Shown here: in pieces, positions 1 through 12,900 of the stretch
Numbering within the stretch: the first letter of the stretch is position 1
How the letters are laid out: each line of letters opens with the position of its first letter
Assembly: GCA_030390025.1 (NCBI GenBank)
Contig: CM059432.1
Span: 152,088,001-152,152,000 of the forward strand
Reading direction: 5' to 3'
DNA: 64,000 nucleotides
From: Squalus acanthias
Lineage: Eukaryota
Made by a program: the position numbers and the translations under genes
Notes under the pieces: generated by a model
Told to the model about the DNA's origin: nothing
Database searches by the model: none
Seen by the model: the letters and a program-made list of their open reading frames with translations, nothing else

Positions 1-914
1 TGGGTTGTGCTAGCAAGACTGGGGGAGATAGAAAGCAGCTGGTGATTGGGAATTCCAGTTCCCACCCCAAGAAATTCCTGCTGGTGTTAGTTTGTCTGTA
101 GCTTACAGAGGTACCAAAACTTTGTGGATGAATGGCTTTGTCATTTTAACCGAAAGACAGCAAAGTTGCCTTGATGGTTGACTGCCCTGGGGCTTACACG
201 AAGTGCCTGCATCTAAAAGCGAAATCTATTGCCAACTGCTCTTGGAACAGTAAATTCATCCCACCAGCAGTCAAGGATCTCCTTCAGGCACCGATGTTGC
301 ACTGCCCATAGACATGAGTTTTGAATCCATTGTTGGTGTTAATAAGGAAGTCGTGATGTCCAGATTGCTGGCTGACATGGAAACTGTTGATGCTGTGCGG
401 GAGGATGTTGCTGCCAGTGAAAGAGAGAATGAGGAGGAGGTTCAAGGCTGTGGATATAACAAGTTGACAGAAGTAGAGGAACAGCTTGTACTACCGCCAT
501 GTTGACCAAATCTCTGATTCCTGAGTAAATGGCTTACAGCTAAGCCACATGTCTTAATAGAGCTTTGTGCTAAATAGACTTCACAATTTTGTGGATTAAT
601 GTGCCGTTGGCAGGAAGTAAACCATAATCATACAGAATTGTGCGAATTTATAGAACCATGCAGCTTTTACAAGTTTTGATCATATGTATTTCAATAGTAG
701 CTTTGATGCTTTATGCCATCTTATAGTATTCCTCTAGATTTTGCTGTGCTGTTCCAACAGTTTTGCTTAATTTACACTGGTGGATTAGTTTCAGCCAAAA
801 AGTGACTATAAATTAAGAATCACTGAACTACGTTACTGGAAATGATTATTACTTTGTAGTTGGTTTTGAATTAAGACTTTTGTCATTTTATAACTAACAT
901 CTGAATTTCAACAG

Positions 915-991
915 GTCAATCTTATGAAGTCCGAATGCTGGATAACCGAAAAATAGGAGATTTACCAGAAATAAGTGGAAAAATGGTTAAG
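915..991 (+). CDS. UBP1: UBP1 exon (presumed exon 3): (G)[25 protein letters not shown]
   Basis: acag|GTCAA...GTTAAG|gtgggt; 77 nt, phase 1 to 0. Confidence 0.93.
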
Positions 992-3900
992 GTGGGTCAC
1001 CTTTTTATTGAATGACATGGTTTTATAAATGACTGTATAGCTATAAATAGAACAGAAGACTAAAGCATGTTGATGTATACTTAATTGTAACAATTTGAAT
1101 ATGTGATTTCTTTTCTTGGTGTATAATGTCAATCTAGATGATAGGCGAGAAGCCTTTGTCTGGGTAGACTGTTAATCCCCACTACAGTAGCAATAAGAAA
1201 GCAGCTAGCTTTTAAACCCCGTCTCTTTAAAAATAGTCAAAGACTTTCCTTCTTTTGTTGAGTTTAGGGTAGAAGTGTTCTTCCATATATTAAAACTATG
1301 CTTTTGGTAGTCACTCCTGCTTTTTGGTTTCTGCTTCGCTCCTGTTTCTCCTGTTTTTTATGTTAGAGACAATGGCCCAGAAATTGATCTCGCTCTGTTC
1401 CCGCGGGGGTAAGCCTTCCCCGCGATCTCTCACTCCGCTTGTGCTTTTTCAGATCCAGCTCGCACGAACTTGATGTTCCAGACATCAGCCGGGCAGTGCT
1501 TGCGTATCCCACTGGCGTAGTGAATTCGTGCGAGCTGTGGGATCACGTGACTCAGTTAGAGCCAATGGCAGCACACCATCTTCCATTCATAAGTTTCACA
1601 TACGTGCTGTGAAATCTATGAATCTTACACCCCTCCAAAATAACAGCTAAACCTCAATTAAATTTAAAAAAAACCCATCACATTAATAAAATAAGTATAG
1701 TTAAATAAATTAACCATTTTAAATAAAAAATTAAATTTTTGAAAAAATTTAAAATCTTTTAAAAAGTTATAAAAATAAACTTACCTGTCTTTAAAGTCTC
1801 TAAAAAAGATATACCTGTTAAAAAAAATACTTAATTCACTACTTACCTTGTTAAAAGTGGGTCTTACTCCTTTTTCCATTTCTAAAATCTTCAGTACTTA
1901 CCTGCGCGTCCAAAGCATGAAGTGCACAGCGTGCGCGCAGCCTGTAGCGCGCACGCGATGCACCGAGGAACCGCCCCCTTTTCAAAAGAGCAATTGCCGG
2001 TTTTCAGCGCATGCGCAGGGCATGCAGAAAACCGGCAATTGCAGAGGGAATACGCGAGAGTACGCAGTGCGTACTCTCGCGCACCGGGATGAATTTTTGG
2101 CCCATTATGATGCAAGTTGTTGTAGCCAACTGTAAAGATTAGGCCAATTAGTAGCTTATCTCTAGTCTTTCAAATAATCAGGATCGACTGCGAACCAATA
2201 TGGTGAGTATTTTGTGTTTAATCAGAGTTTAAGAAGGAATATAACATGCTAGTTATACAGCAAAAATATACGTCCGTGACAAGCAGCTGGTACCGGTCCC
2301 GATCGGACAGATGGCTGGCGTGTGTGAGCAGTTCTCTGGCTTCCGGCCTCTCTCCCTCTCGTCTAGAACCTGAGTTGGTGAGCATGGAGTCATTCTCAAA
2401 AGAGGGTTCGACCAACCCAACTTCTGCTTGGCTCTTCCCTCCACCGTCTGCGTGGGCAAGCCCTCGGTATTACTTTTATTCTCGTTTTAGGGGTGGGCCT
2501 GAGGCCAAATTATTGACGAGACCATTTAACCTATAGAGGTTCCCTATAAACCTTATTACCCAGTGGGGCATCGAGTTCTTTGTCTCGACTTCGAGATGAA
2601 GATCCTCCCTCCATAGCTAAAGCTGCATGAACATAAATGTTCATACTTGATCAGCCATGATCTCATTAAATGGTGGAGCAGGCTCGAGGGGCCGAATGGC
2701 CTACTCCTATCTTCTATGTTTCCAGGAAGGGTCTTCACAATCATTACACATGCTTTATTGTTTATACGTTTTGATGGCCTACCCATCGGAATTTCTCTTA
2801 TCTCCCTTGTCCCTATCCTCACTAGTTTGGAGTCAGACATGCCATTCTCGGCCATCAGATGTTCGTAACTGCTTGTTACCAGTTATTTATGTTCATGCAG
2901 CTTTAGCTATGCAAAACTAACTTTCACTATCAGACTATTATACCATGGAATGAATCATTAAATTCCCAAAGATATCTTCTATTCTATTCTCCTACACTGG
3001 TTAACTTACGCATTTTGAAGTAGTTTTGTTAAACAAAGTCAAAATAGCAGTAACGGAAGAAATATAGGTGTTGAGCCTTGGTTGGTCAAATTAAAGATAC
3101 ATAAACAAGTTGAAATCCCAATTTGAAAGCAGCAGATAGTTAGCTTGGGAACAAGATTATTTATGACCGTCACAGTACAGAATGCTATAACATCCGCAGA
3201 GAACCAAAACACAAGCAGATTCTAAGCATCTATCTAATTATTCTAATACTAGTCTGAAGAGACTTTTTGTCTCCAGTTCTAATACAATCATGTAAACGCA
3301 GCATTACTCGCGTCATGGTTTTATCCACATAACCATATACATTTTGGACACCCCTGATTTCTAACACAACTGTTTGATTTTTGCAGTACCTTGACAGTTA
3401 AGGCTTACAAATGTATTTATTGAAGTTGTGTTAACTGAAGTTGATCAACTGTTAACCAGAAAGTTGAGAGTTTGGGTCTGATGATGTATCAAGTGATCTA
3501 CTTGCCACAGTTGGTGTATTTTATCACTTTTCATTCAGGTTGCTCGGTGGATTTCCCTTTGTACAGGGAAAAGAGGGAAACTGGTGACATCTGCTAAAAT
3601 GTGTAGGGGAGCGCAACAAGTAGGATCAAGAATTCAAATGTGCTAATATATCAGTCAGATAAACAGATTTGAAAATACTGAAGAGCTGCATGCTGTGTGT
3701 ACTGTATACTATATGTACATCAAGGTTAGTTGGCACAATGAACCACGTGTACCCACAGATGCATTTCCAGCAAGGATTGCTAGATGGGATGAAGTGGGAG
3801 CCCTGGCCACTTGCACCCACCTCCCTCCTGTTCAAGCGCCCCTACTGCTACCTTTGCTGAGATAAGCTAACTTCGCTTAAACTAGGGATTGAGCCTGGGA

Positions 3901-6900
3901 CAGGTTCCTGCTGTCTTAAGCAGCAGGCAAAAAAATTACATGTTGAGTCACCATAGTAGTAGGTTTCAAAAAGACTTGGGTGGGTAATGTGCAGTTTCCT
4001 CTACCTAACAGTACAGCCAGGTTTGGCAGAAATAAGAGTTCCATGATTCATTGCCTTTGTATGTAGAAAATAAACCTGACTTGTACCTTCTCAACCCTAG
4101 AGTATAGTGCGAGTAGTATTCCATGACCGAAGACTCCAATACACCGAGCATCAGCAACTGGAAGGTTGGAAATGGAACCGGCCTGGTGATAGACTCCTTG
4201 ATTTAGGTAAGTTTTCTATAATAAACTAGTCTTGCTTTTGTTATGTTTTCCCTTCCTTCTCTCAGATAGATATTCTAGTCTGCAAGGCACAATAAAACAA
4301 TGGCCCGGAATTTGCGGTCAGTCACAAAGCGAAGTGAAGGCATTTGCTGCTGGCTCCGAAATTACGCCTCGCACAAGGATCTCGTGATCCCTGTGTCGAG
4401 ACCTTCGGGTTTTCCGGCCTTCAATTCAAATCAACGCAGTATCGTGGGGATCCCCTAGTGCGAGCTGCTGTGATGTCTACAAGCTGTCTAAGCAGCCGAT
4501 CAAAACGCAGAATTCTCACAGACAACAAACAAGGAAGTGAGTAAGCTCTTAAAATTCTAACTTTAAAAAAATGTTAGAGAGAGCAAAACAAAGATTGGGG
4601 CGCTCGCACGGGGAAAAGGCAAACCTGAAAAAGATAGACAAACTTTAAAAAAAAAATGTTTTTCTCAAAGTTACTTAATTTTAATTTTTATTAAAATGGA
4701 CAAATTTCACACTGCACAAAATTAAAATTAGGTTTCCAGGCCCTTAACATTTGTTTAGCAGTAATAACGCTGTCAAAACCCCAGTTACACTTAATCCTTT
4801 TGGGTCTAACTTTTAGTGGGTAATTTAACAGCGTACTTACTGTGAACGAGCCAAAGTTTTCATCGGTTTCAATGATTTGGCTGATTACACAGATTGCCGG
4901 CTCTGTAGTGGTGGGGGGCACAGCGCAGCCAGTTTCAGAGCTGTCAATGACTGGCCACAACTTTGGGATTTCTGCATGCGCCAAATCCCGAAGTTGCTGT
5001 CTGTTTCAAAGGTGGAATGACGGTGAATGCTGACAGTTCATCGTCATCCCGACCGCAAATTCCGGGCCAATAAATAAGGTTGGTGAGCTCCAGGCACAAG
5101 TTGCCACATGGGACTATGATACAGTGGTAGTAATGGACACCTAGCTAAAAGGAGGGGAGGATTGGAAACTTAATATTCCTGGCTACAAGCTATTCAAGAA
5201 AGATAGGAAAGGAAAAAGAAGGAGGTGAGGTGGAGGGGGGGATGCGGGTTGGTGGGTTGTTGGTGGCAGTATTAATCAAGGAAACTTAGCACTGGAGATG
5301 GATGATGTAGTTGAGGGGTCAAAGACAGTGTATTTGGTTAGAATTAAGGAACAGTAGAGGAGCTATTATGCTGCTGGGCCTATATTATAGGCCACCAAAT
5401 AGTGGGAAGGAGATAGAGGAGCAAATTTGCAGGTAAATTACAGAAAGATGCAAGAACTACAAAGTAGTGATAATCGGGTTCTTCAATTATCCTAATATAG
5501 ACTGGGATACTAACAGTGTAAAGGGCAAGGGTGGGGGGGGCAACTCCTGAAATGTGTACAAGAGTACTTTCTTAATCAGTGTGTTTCCAGCCCAACGAGG
5601 AAGGAAGTAGTTCTGGGGAATGAAGTGGGGCAAGTGGAGCATGATTCAGTTGGGGAGAGCATTTGGGGAGCAGTGATCACAATATCATTAGGTTTAGAAT
5701 AGTAATGGAAAAGGACAAGGTGCAAACAAGTGTAAAAATACTTAACTGGAGGAGGACTAACTTCAGTGACTTGAAAAGGGATCTGGCCCAGGTAGATTGG
5801 AATCAAAAATTGGTAGGCAGAACAGTAATTGAACAATGGGAGGCCTTCAAAGTGGAGATGGTTCAGGTACAGAGTAGGCACATTCCTATGGGGAGGAAAG
5901 GAGAGCATCCGAAGCGAGAGCTCCATGGACGACTAAAGATATAGATGTTAAAATGAGACAAAAAAAGGAGGCTTATGTCAATTGTAAGGTTCATAATACA
6001 GTAGAGAACAAAGCTGAATAAAGAAAGTACAGAGGAGACCTAAAAAAGGAGTGAGTGAGCAGAGAGTAGTGGTGAATGGTTGTTTTTTAGACTGGAGGGA
6101 AGTGTACAGTGGTGTTCCCCAGGGGTCGATATTCGGGCCACTACTCCTTTTGATATATATTAATGTCCTGGACTTGGGTATGTCGGGCATAATTTCAAAG
6201 TTTGCAGATGATACGAAACTCTGAAATGTAGTAAACAATGAGGTGGATAGGTTATTTGTTATATTGTACATATACAGATATTGTTTCATTATATACTTTG
6301 AATATTACATAACTTTCATCAAGCCCCATTAGAAACCCATCTTGTTTCGAAACTCGGAAATGTAGTAAACAGTGATGTGGATAGTAAGTCTCCGGGAGAA
6401 CATAAACAGACTGGTGAAATGGGCAGACACATGGCAGATGAAGTTTAACGCAGAGAAGTGTGAAGTGATACATTTTGGTAGGAAGAATGAGGAGCGGCAA
6501 TATGAACTAAATGGTACAATTTTAAAGGGGGGTACAGGAACAGAAATACATCAGAGTGTATGTACACAAATCTTTGAAGCTGGCAGGACACGTTGAGAAG
6601 ACTGTTTAGGAAGGACATCAAGGCCTTGGAGAGGGTGCAGAAGAGATTTACTAGAATGGTACCAGGGATGAGGGACTTCAGTTATTTGGGGAGACTGGTG
6701 AAGCTGGAGTTGTTCCCCTTAGAGCAGCAAAAGTTAAGAGGAGATTTGATTGAGGTGTTCAAAATCATGAATGGTTTTGATAGAGTAAATAAGGAGAAAC
6801 TTTCCAGTGGCAGAAGGGTCATTAACCAGAGGACAGATATTAGGTGATTGGCAAAAGAACCAGAGGCGACACGAGGAAACATTTTTTTTACATAGCAAGT

Positions 6901-9900
6901 TGTTGTGATCTGAATGCACCGCCTGAAAGGGTGGTGCAATCAGATTCAGTAGTAACATTTGAAAGAGAATTGGACAAGTACTTGAAGAAAACATTTTACA
7001 GGGCTGTGTGTAAAGAGCAGGTGAGTGGGATTAATTGGATAGCTCTACCAAGGAGCAGGCACAAGCATAATGGGCCGTATGGCCTCCTGTGCTGTATCAT
7101 TCTATGTTAATGCTGAGAGTGGAGGCATTTATCTCCTCCCAGCCCCAGACTTGAGATCAAGCAATTGTGTGCCTCTGAAGAGCAGCCCTACTATCGTATA
7201 GCAGTCTTCCTGAGCATTGGTAAATACTGAATCATGGACAGTTTTGTGCTTTGTTTAAAAAAAAAACTACAGCAAATTATAAATGAAACTGAAACAAAAT
7301 TAAAGTCCGCAATTAAAGGGCAAAATTAATCGCCATAATTACAAGACCTTGATAACATCCAGAAGTTGGTACCATTCTGAAATCATCTGCGTGATCAGGA
7401 CCGGTTAGGCAAAATATTGGGCCGGATTTTGTGGTCAGTGGTGAACGTTGTCACTGGCCGTTCATCACACTTATACTTGCCCACAGACTTTCTGTGGGCT
7501 TTTGCAGTGATTAGAAATCCAAAACAGTGCGGTGCCCTCTGCAAGCGATCTGGGACCAGTGTGAACTGGGTAAGCAGGTTGAAGATTCCTCACAGTCTAA
7601 ACCAGGAGGTGTAAGTTAGAATATTTAATTTAATGTTAAATCATGTACAGAAAGAGAAATAAAGACAGGAAAAGAAAGATGGAATGAAGAGAAAGAGATA
7701 AAAGAGAAAGTAAAATCTCCAACGATTAAAATCTGAAGGAATGAGACTCCATACTTTTAAAAGTTAAATTTTCAGTGCCAGAAAGGTTGTTTGGCAGTAA
7801 TTAAGACTCATCACACCGTTAAAAGTTCACTTGTACTTGAATGGACAAGCATTAACTTTTTATGCCGTGTTTAGTTGGTATCTAGAGGATAAGTACCCCA
7901 ACTTCACGCCCTCCCACGTGTTTGAATACTGAGTCGCTTGGCGAAATACTGTTGGAGTGAAGCTTCTGGATGAGCAGGGAGAGCAACTTCCTGATTTCCG
8001 CGCTTAACTGCACATGTGAGGTCGCCCGAAGGTGTCCGATTTACACTTTAATAACAGTGAGCACTGATAGCCTCACCGTTATTTATACCTCAAAATCAGA
8101 GCCAATGTGTTTTTAAACGTTGCTGAATGAGGATATGGTCCATACAGTACAAGGAATGGAGGTTGCATTGTTCTGTTTGAAATCTTTTTGAATGAGTAGT
8201 TACCCCATGTGATTTACCTCCTTCTCTTCCCCAACCACTTTCCTGGTAGATTTGCCTAATTGGTCCTTGGTAATAACTAAAATATTGAGCAGTGCTACAC
8301 CTTAGGCAGGGCATAACATTCTTTAATGTTTTTTAAGTGCAAGAAGAAATAGTACTTCCCAGATGGCTCAGTGGGTTGACCAATACCACATGACTTAGCA
8401 GTGAGCTACATAGATTAGGAAGGTTCAATCCTTAGCCTGTGTTGAATCTCCTATTTTTAGGTTATCCAGCATTTAAACTTCATAGTCAATTTCCCTCAAG
8501 TTAGCTCTGATCATTTGGAGGAAAAGGAGAGAGCTGGATGGGTGTTATTTATGTATTGTAGTGTATAGCTAAATACTGACATCAGTTGTACTGACTTTGA
8601 TTTTATTGTGTGCCTATTCTGGAGATGTGACAGATTTATATTTTTAAAATAACTACAGATATTCCAATGTCGGTTGGAATTATTGACCCCAGGACTAATC
8701 CAGCACAACTGAATACTATTGAATTCCTATGGGACCCAGCAAAACACACCTCTGCTTTTATTCAGGTTGGTAAAGATATTTGTTCTCCATTAAAAGATAT
8801 ATTGCTATTGTAAATAATGGTATAACAGCGAGTTGGGGTGCATACTAATCTACTAAACAGCTGGGCAGGGTGCCACTGGGTATAATTGAAAATGGCCATC
8901 TGATGTTGGAAGTGCAAGTTCTACATGTGTGGACATGAGTTTACAGTCTACAGTGAATTAAATACTCTGTCTAGCTTTGAAAGCCTGTAAAACTGTTGAT
9001 TTTGAAGTTGGATCATACAATAGTTTTATTGTATCTGCCAAAAAATCTATAGCATGTTGTTTTGTGGTAGCTTAACTCAAATGTATTCAGTTTTAAACCT
9101 AAAAACTATACATTTATTTTTCTTGCAGGTACATTGCATTAGCACAGAGTTTACTCCCAGAAAACATGGGGGTGAGAAGGGGGTTCCATTCAGGATTCAG
9201 ATAGACACATTCAAGCAAAACGAAACTGGAGAGTACACAGACCATCTTCATTCAGCCAGCTGCCAAATTAAAGTTTTCAAGGTACAGTGATGCATTTTAG
9301 TTTAAGGTGGCACTTCTGCACTGCTTCTTGAAGATAATACAGCTGGTGATGTAATATTCTGACAAGCCTCTATGGATAGTGAGTATACTTGTCAAGTGAT
9401 AGATTAAAATATTATCTTTTATAAATCTGCAGTACTCATAATTGAGAAGCCTTTGTGCCACTTGAAGCTTGTAAATTCTTATTTCCTGGTATATATTTTT
9501 TTCATTTTAATTCATTCTTTGAACAGTGTGCCTTAACACATCTGCTAGGAAAACATACCTTGTCTTCAAAGTTCTCACTGACAGCAGTGAGTTTCATGCA
9601 TCTGCTTTGGTCACATTGTGTTTTGTGGTGTTTTGCATCCTGTTTTTTTCAGGGTGATGTTTTTGAATTATGAAGTAGAAACTTAATGAAACTGAAAACC
9701 CTTCAGTGCCCAAGACTTCATTTTGATTGTTTCTTTTCATTTTTGTAATTGGCATTTGAACAGATAATCATCAAAGATAGGAATCTGCCCCCAATGGCCT
9801 GAAGTTCTGTGGTAACGTTTTTGTGTAAATTGGATGCTTTTTTATTATGTAAGCTTTATGTAGGGGTGTCATTTTGTTGATCTTATGATGTAAAACTTTT

Positions 9901-12900
9901 CTTTTCAATAATTTGATAATTTTTCACTTTCTTCAATCTACCTAATGTGACTGAAGCTGGGATGTGATCTAATGGGCCCTGGCACAAGGGCACCCCTCTA
10001 AAATGCTGCTTTTGATGAGTGAGTCTAGAATGAATTTTGGTCGGCTATTCGATTGTGGGGAGGGATGTAACATGGATGTAAGGATCACTGTTTAAAAAAA
10101 AAAAAGCAGGATGGTAAACCTTGGCTTTCCTAGAACTGAGGTCAGTTATTGTGTCCCCACCTCCATCTCCACTGAGATCAGTTCACACAGCACAAACTAG
10201 TGTTTAAATTTGGCACCACCTTTGTACCACTGAGTACTGTACTGGTGTATTTGCTCACTGATTCAATGGGCAAAGTGGAGCTTCAGTTTTAATGCATTAT
10301 AATTGCGATCGTTCTCTGCCACATAATTTTGAGTTGCAGGATTTCAGTTTTCTTCTCTGTTTCTCCAGCCAAAAGGAGCAGACAGAAAACAGAAAACAGA
10401 CAGAGAAAAAATGGAGAAGCGAACAGCTCAAGAAAAAGAAAAGTATCAACCTTCATATGAAACAACAATCTTGACTGAGGTAAAATACAGGAAAGTATAG
10501 GTTAAGGAAGAACAGTAAGAATGCAGGTAGTGCAGGTGCAGTTTTTCTTAAATCTTAAATACATTGGAAAAATATGAGTAAATCATTCTCTGACAATCTG
10601 ATTTATACAGAGCCCACAATTATTGTCTTCCCTGTAAGCTGACAGGTTTTCAAAAAAATGCAGTGTTCTTATGTTACTTTTTGTTTTACTTCACCCTATC
10701 CATTTCATACTTTTATTTTCTCTTGGTTCCGCAAATGCTCTTTTGTCCTTCTATTCTCTTGCTCCACTGAATGCAGCAAGTCCTATTCAAGAGTGGGAAA
10801 ATAATTGACTAAAGTAGGGAGGGAGATAAAGCGATTTGGCCACTCAAACCTGTATTTTCTGCCGACCATGTGCAATTTTACCCTATTGTGGTCTCTATCC
10901 TGAATGATAAGTTCTGCAAAATTTCAAAAATAATTGGACAAAACTGCAACATATCTTTCAATTTTCCCCCCTTCACAATACAGCCCTTCTGTGTCACATA
11001 ATCCGATTAGAGTTCCTTCACCCAGCTGTGTAGGAACCATTGTGCTACATAGAAGTAGTTGATTATTTTTTATCTGTACCCCTAGACATTCTTCAATCCC
11101 ATTCCTAACTAGCATTTATCAGGATCATTCTGTAAAGATGTTTGAACTTTTTCCGGAACTCTGCTCCACATATCCACATTTTCCTTTTATTCCTTGCTTG
11201 AAGCCTTTTAGTTTTGTTATTATTTTCCATCTTCTCACGGTGCAAGTTAAAACAGCCTTTTTGCATCTGCTATCTCTGTCTCAGCATTTTACAAATCTAA
11301 GTTGCGTCACTTCTCAATCGTTGTGTCTCCAGTAAAAAAAAAAAAAGTTCTGTTCTGAGAGCCTTTTTAAAAATCATTTTCCACCTCTTCTCCTGCAGGT
11401 GCAGATTAAGAGAGTGCAGATCCATGGGCACTGGCAGCCTGTGGTGCCTTGCTCAAATGGCTATTCTTCAGATATTAACCTCGACGGTGCATCTAGTCTA
11501 GACACTCTACCATGGAGGGCATTACTGCTGAGTCTGATCCTATACATGTATACTTTCCAGCAGATACTCATAATGCAATGGAAAGTCTGGTTGAATTTCC
11601 CCCTCCCTCCCCCCAAGCCTAGAGCCACTAAGGCCCATTCTCACGCTCCATTTCTTATCCAAGACGACCATTTTTAGCCCATTCCAAATCGGACAGTTTA
11701 AAAAAAAAAAAATGCATTGCACATGAAGTGGGTCCATTCATGCATTTTTCCCATTTACAACAACCATTAAAAACTGAATTGCCATTCTGGGTCAGACCAT
11801 CGGATGCAATGCAGACTCTTAACCTTGGATCTTCTGATCTATATAACTTCATATTATGCTGGGTATAAGTCTCTTCACAACTTTGAGCCTTAATTCATGC
11901 AATTGTCCTTGTCGTTCTTTTCTGAACTCTTTTTCAGTGCATTAATTTAATTTGCAAGGTAAGGTGCCCATTTCTGGGATGCACTATACCTAATGTGTTA
12001 CTGTTGAGTTTACAGAATTAAAATAACTTGTTTTGACCTAAATGTCCTGAGATGCAACCTACTGCTTGATTAAGAGCTTTAAACCAAATAGTGGGGGGGG
12101 GGAGGGATCCGCTGAGCAGAAATTAAAAAAGTCAAAGAAAAATGAGAAGGCAAAAGTGCAGGGTAGCGATGGGGGTAATGATAACCAGAGTGTGACAGAA
12201 AGGGATAGAGCGTATACACAAGAGTGCATCAGAAAGAGAGGTCAGAGTAGGGAAAAATGGTAAAAAGACAAAATTAAAAGCTCTATATCTGAACGCACGC
12301 AGCATTTGTAACTAGATAGATGAGTTGACAGCACAAATAGAAATAAATGGGTTTGATCTGATAACCATTACAGAGACGTGGTTGCAAGGTGACCAAGGCT
12401 GGGAACTGAATATTATGGGGTATTTGCCATTTCGTAAGGATAGACAGAAAGGAAAAGGTGGTGTAGCTCTGTTAATAAGGATTAGATCAGTGCAGTAGTG
12501 AGAAATGCTATTGGCTCAGAAGATCAAGACGTAGAATCAGTTTGGGTGGAGATAAGAAATAATAAGGGTAAGAAGTCACTGGTGGGAGTGGTCTACAGGC
12601 CCCCAAACAGTAGCCACACTGTAGGACAGATTATAAATCAAGAAATAATAGAGGCTTGTAAGAAAGGTACGGCTTTTATCATGGGAGATTTTAATCTTCA
12701 TATTGATTGGACAAAGCAAATTGACAAAGGTAGACTTGAGGAAGAGTTCTTCGAGTGTATGCGGGATGGTTTCTTGGAACAATACGTTGTGGAACCAACC
12801 AGGGAGCAGACTATTTTAGATCTGGTAATGTGTAACGAGGCTGGATTAATTAATGATCTCGAAGTGAAGGATCCTCTTGGGAAGAGTGATCATAGCATGG

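Noticed and set aside
120..505. ORF 314..505 and a minus-strand QHRCLKEILDCWWDEF stretch resembling an old LINE
   Set aside because: Too short and degenerate to call; no splice or frame link to UBP1.
8355..8460. tRNA gene candidates (A/B-box-like motifs here and at other SINE heads)
   Set aside because: No cloverleaf or acceptor stem; these look like degenerate SINE heads (related scraps near 3860..3960 and 10170..10260).
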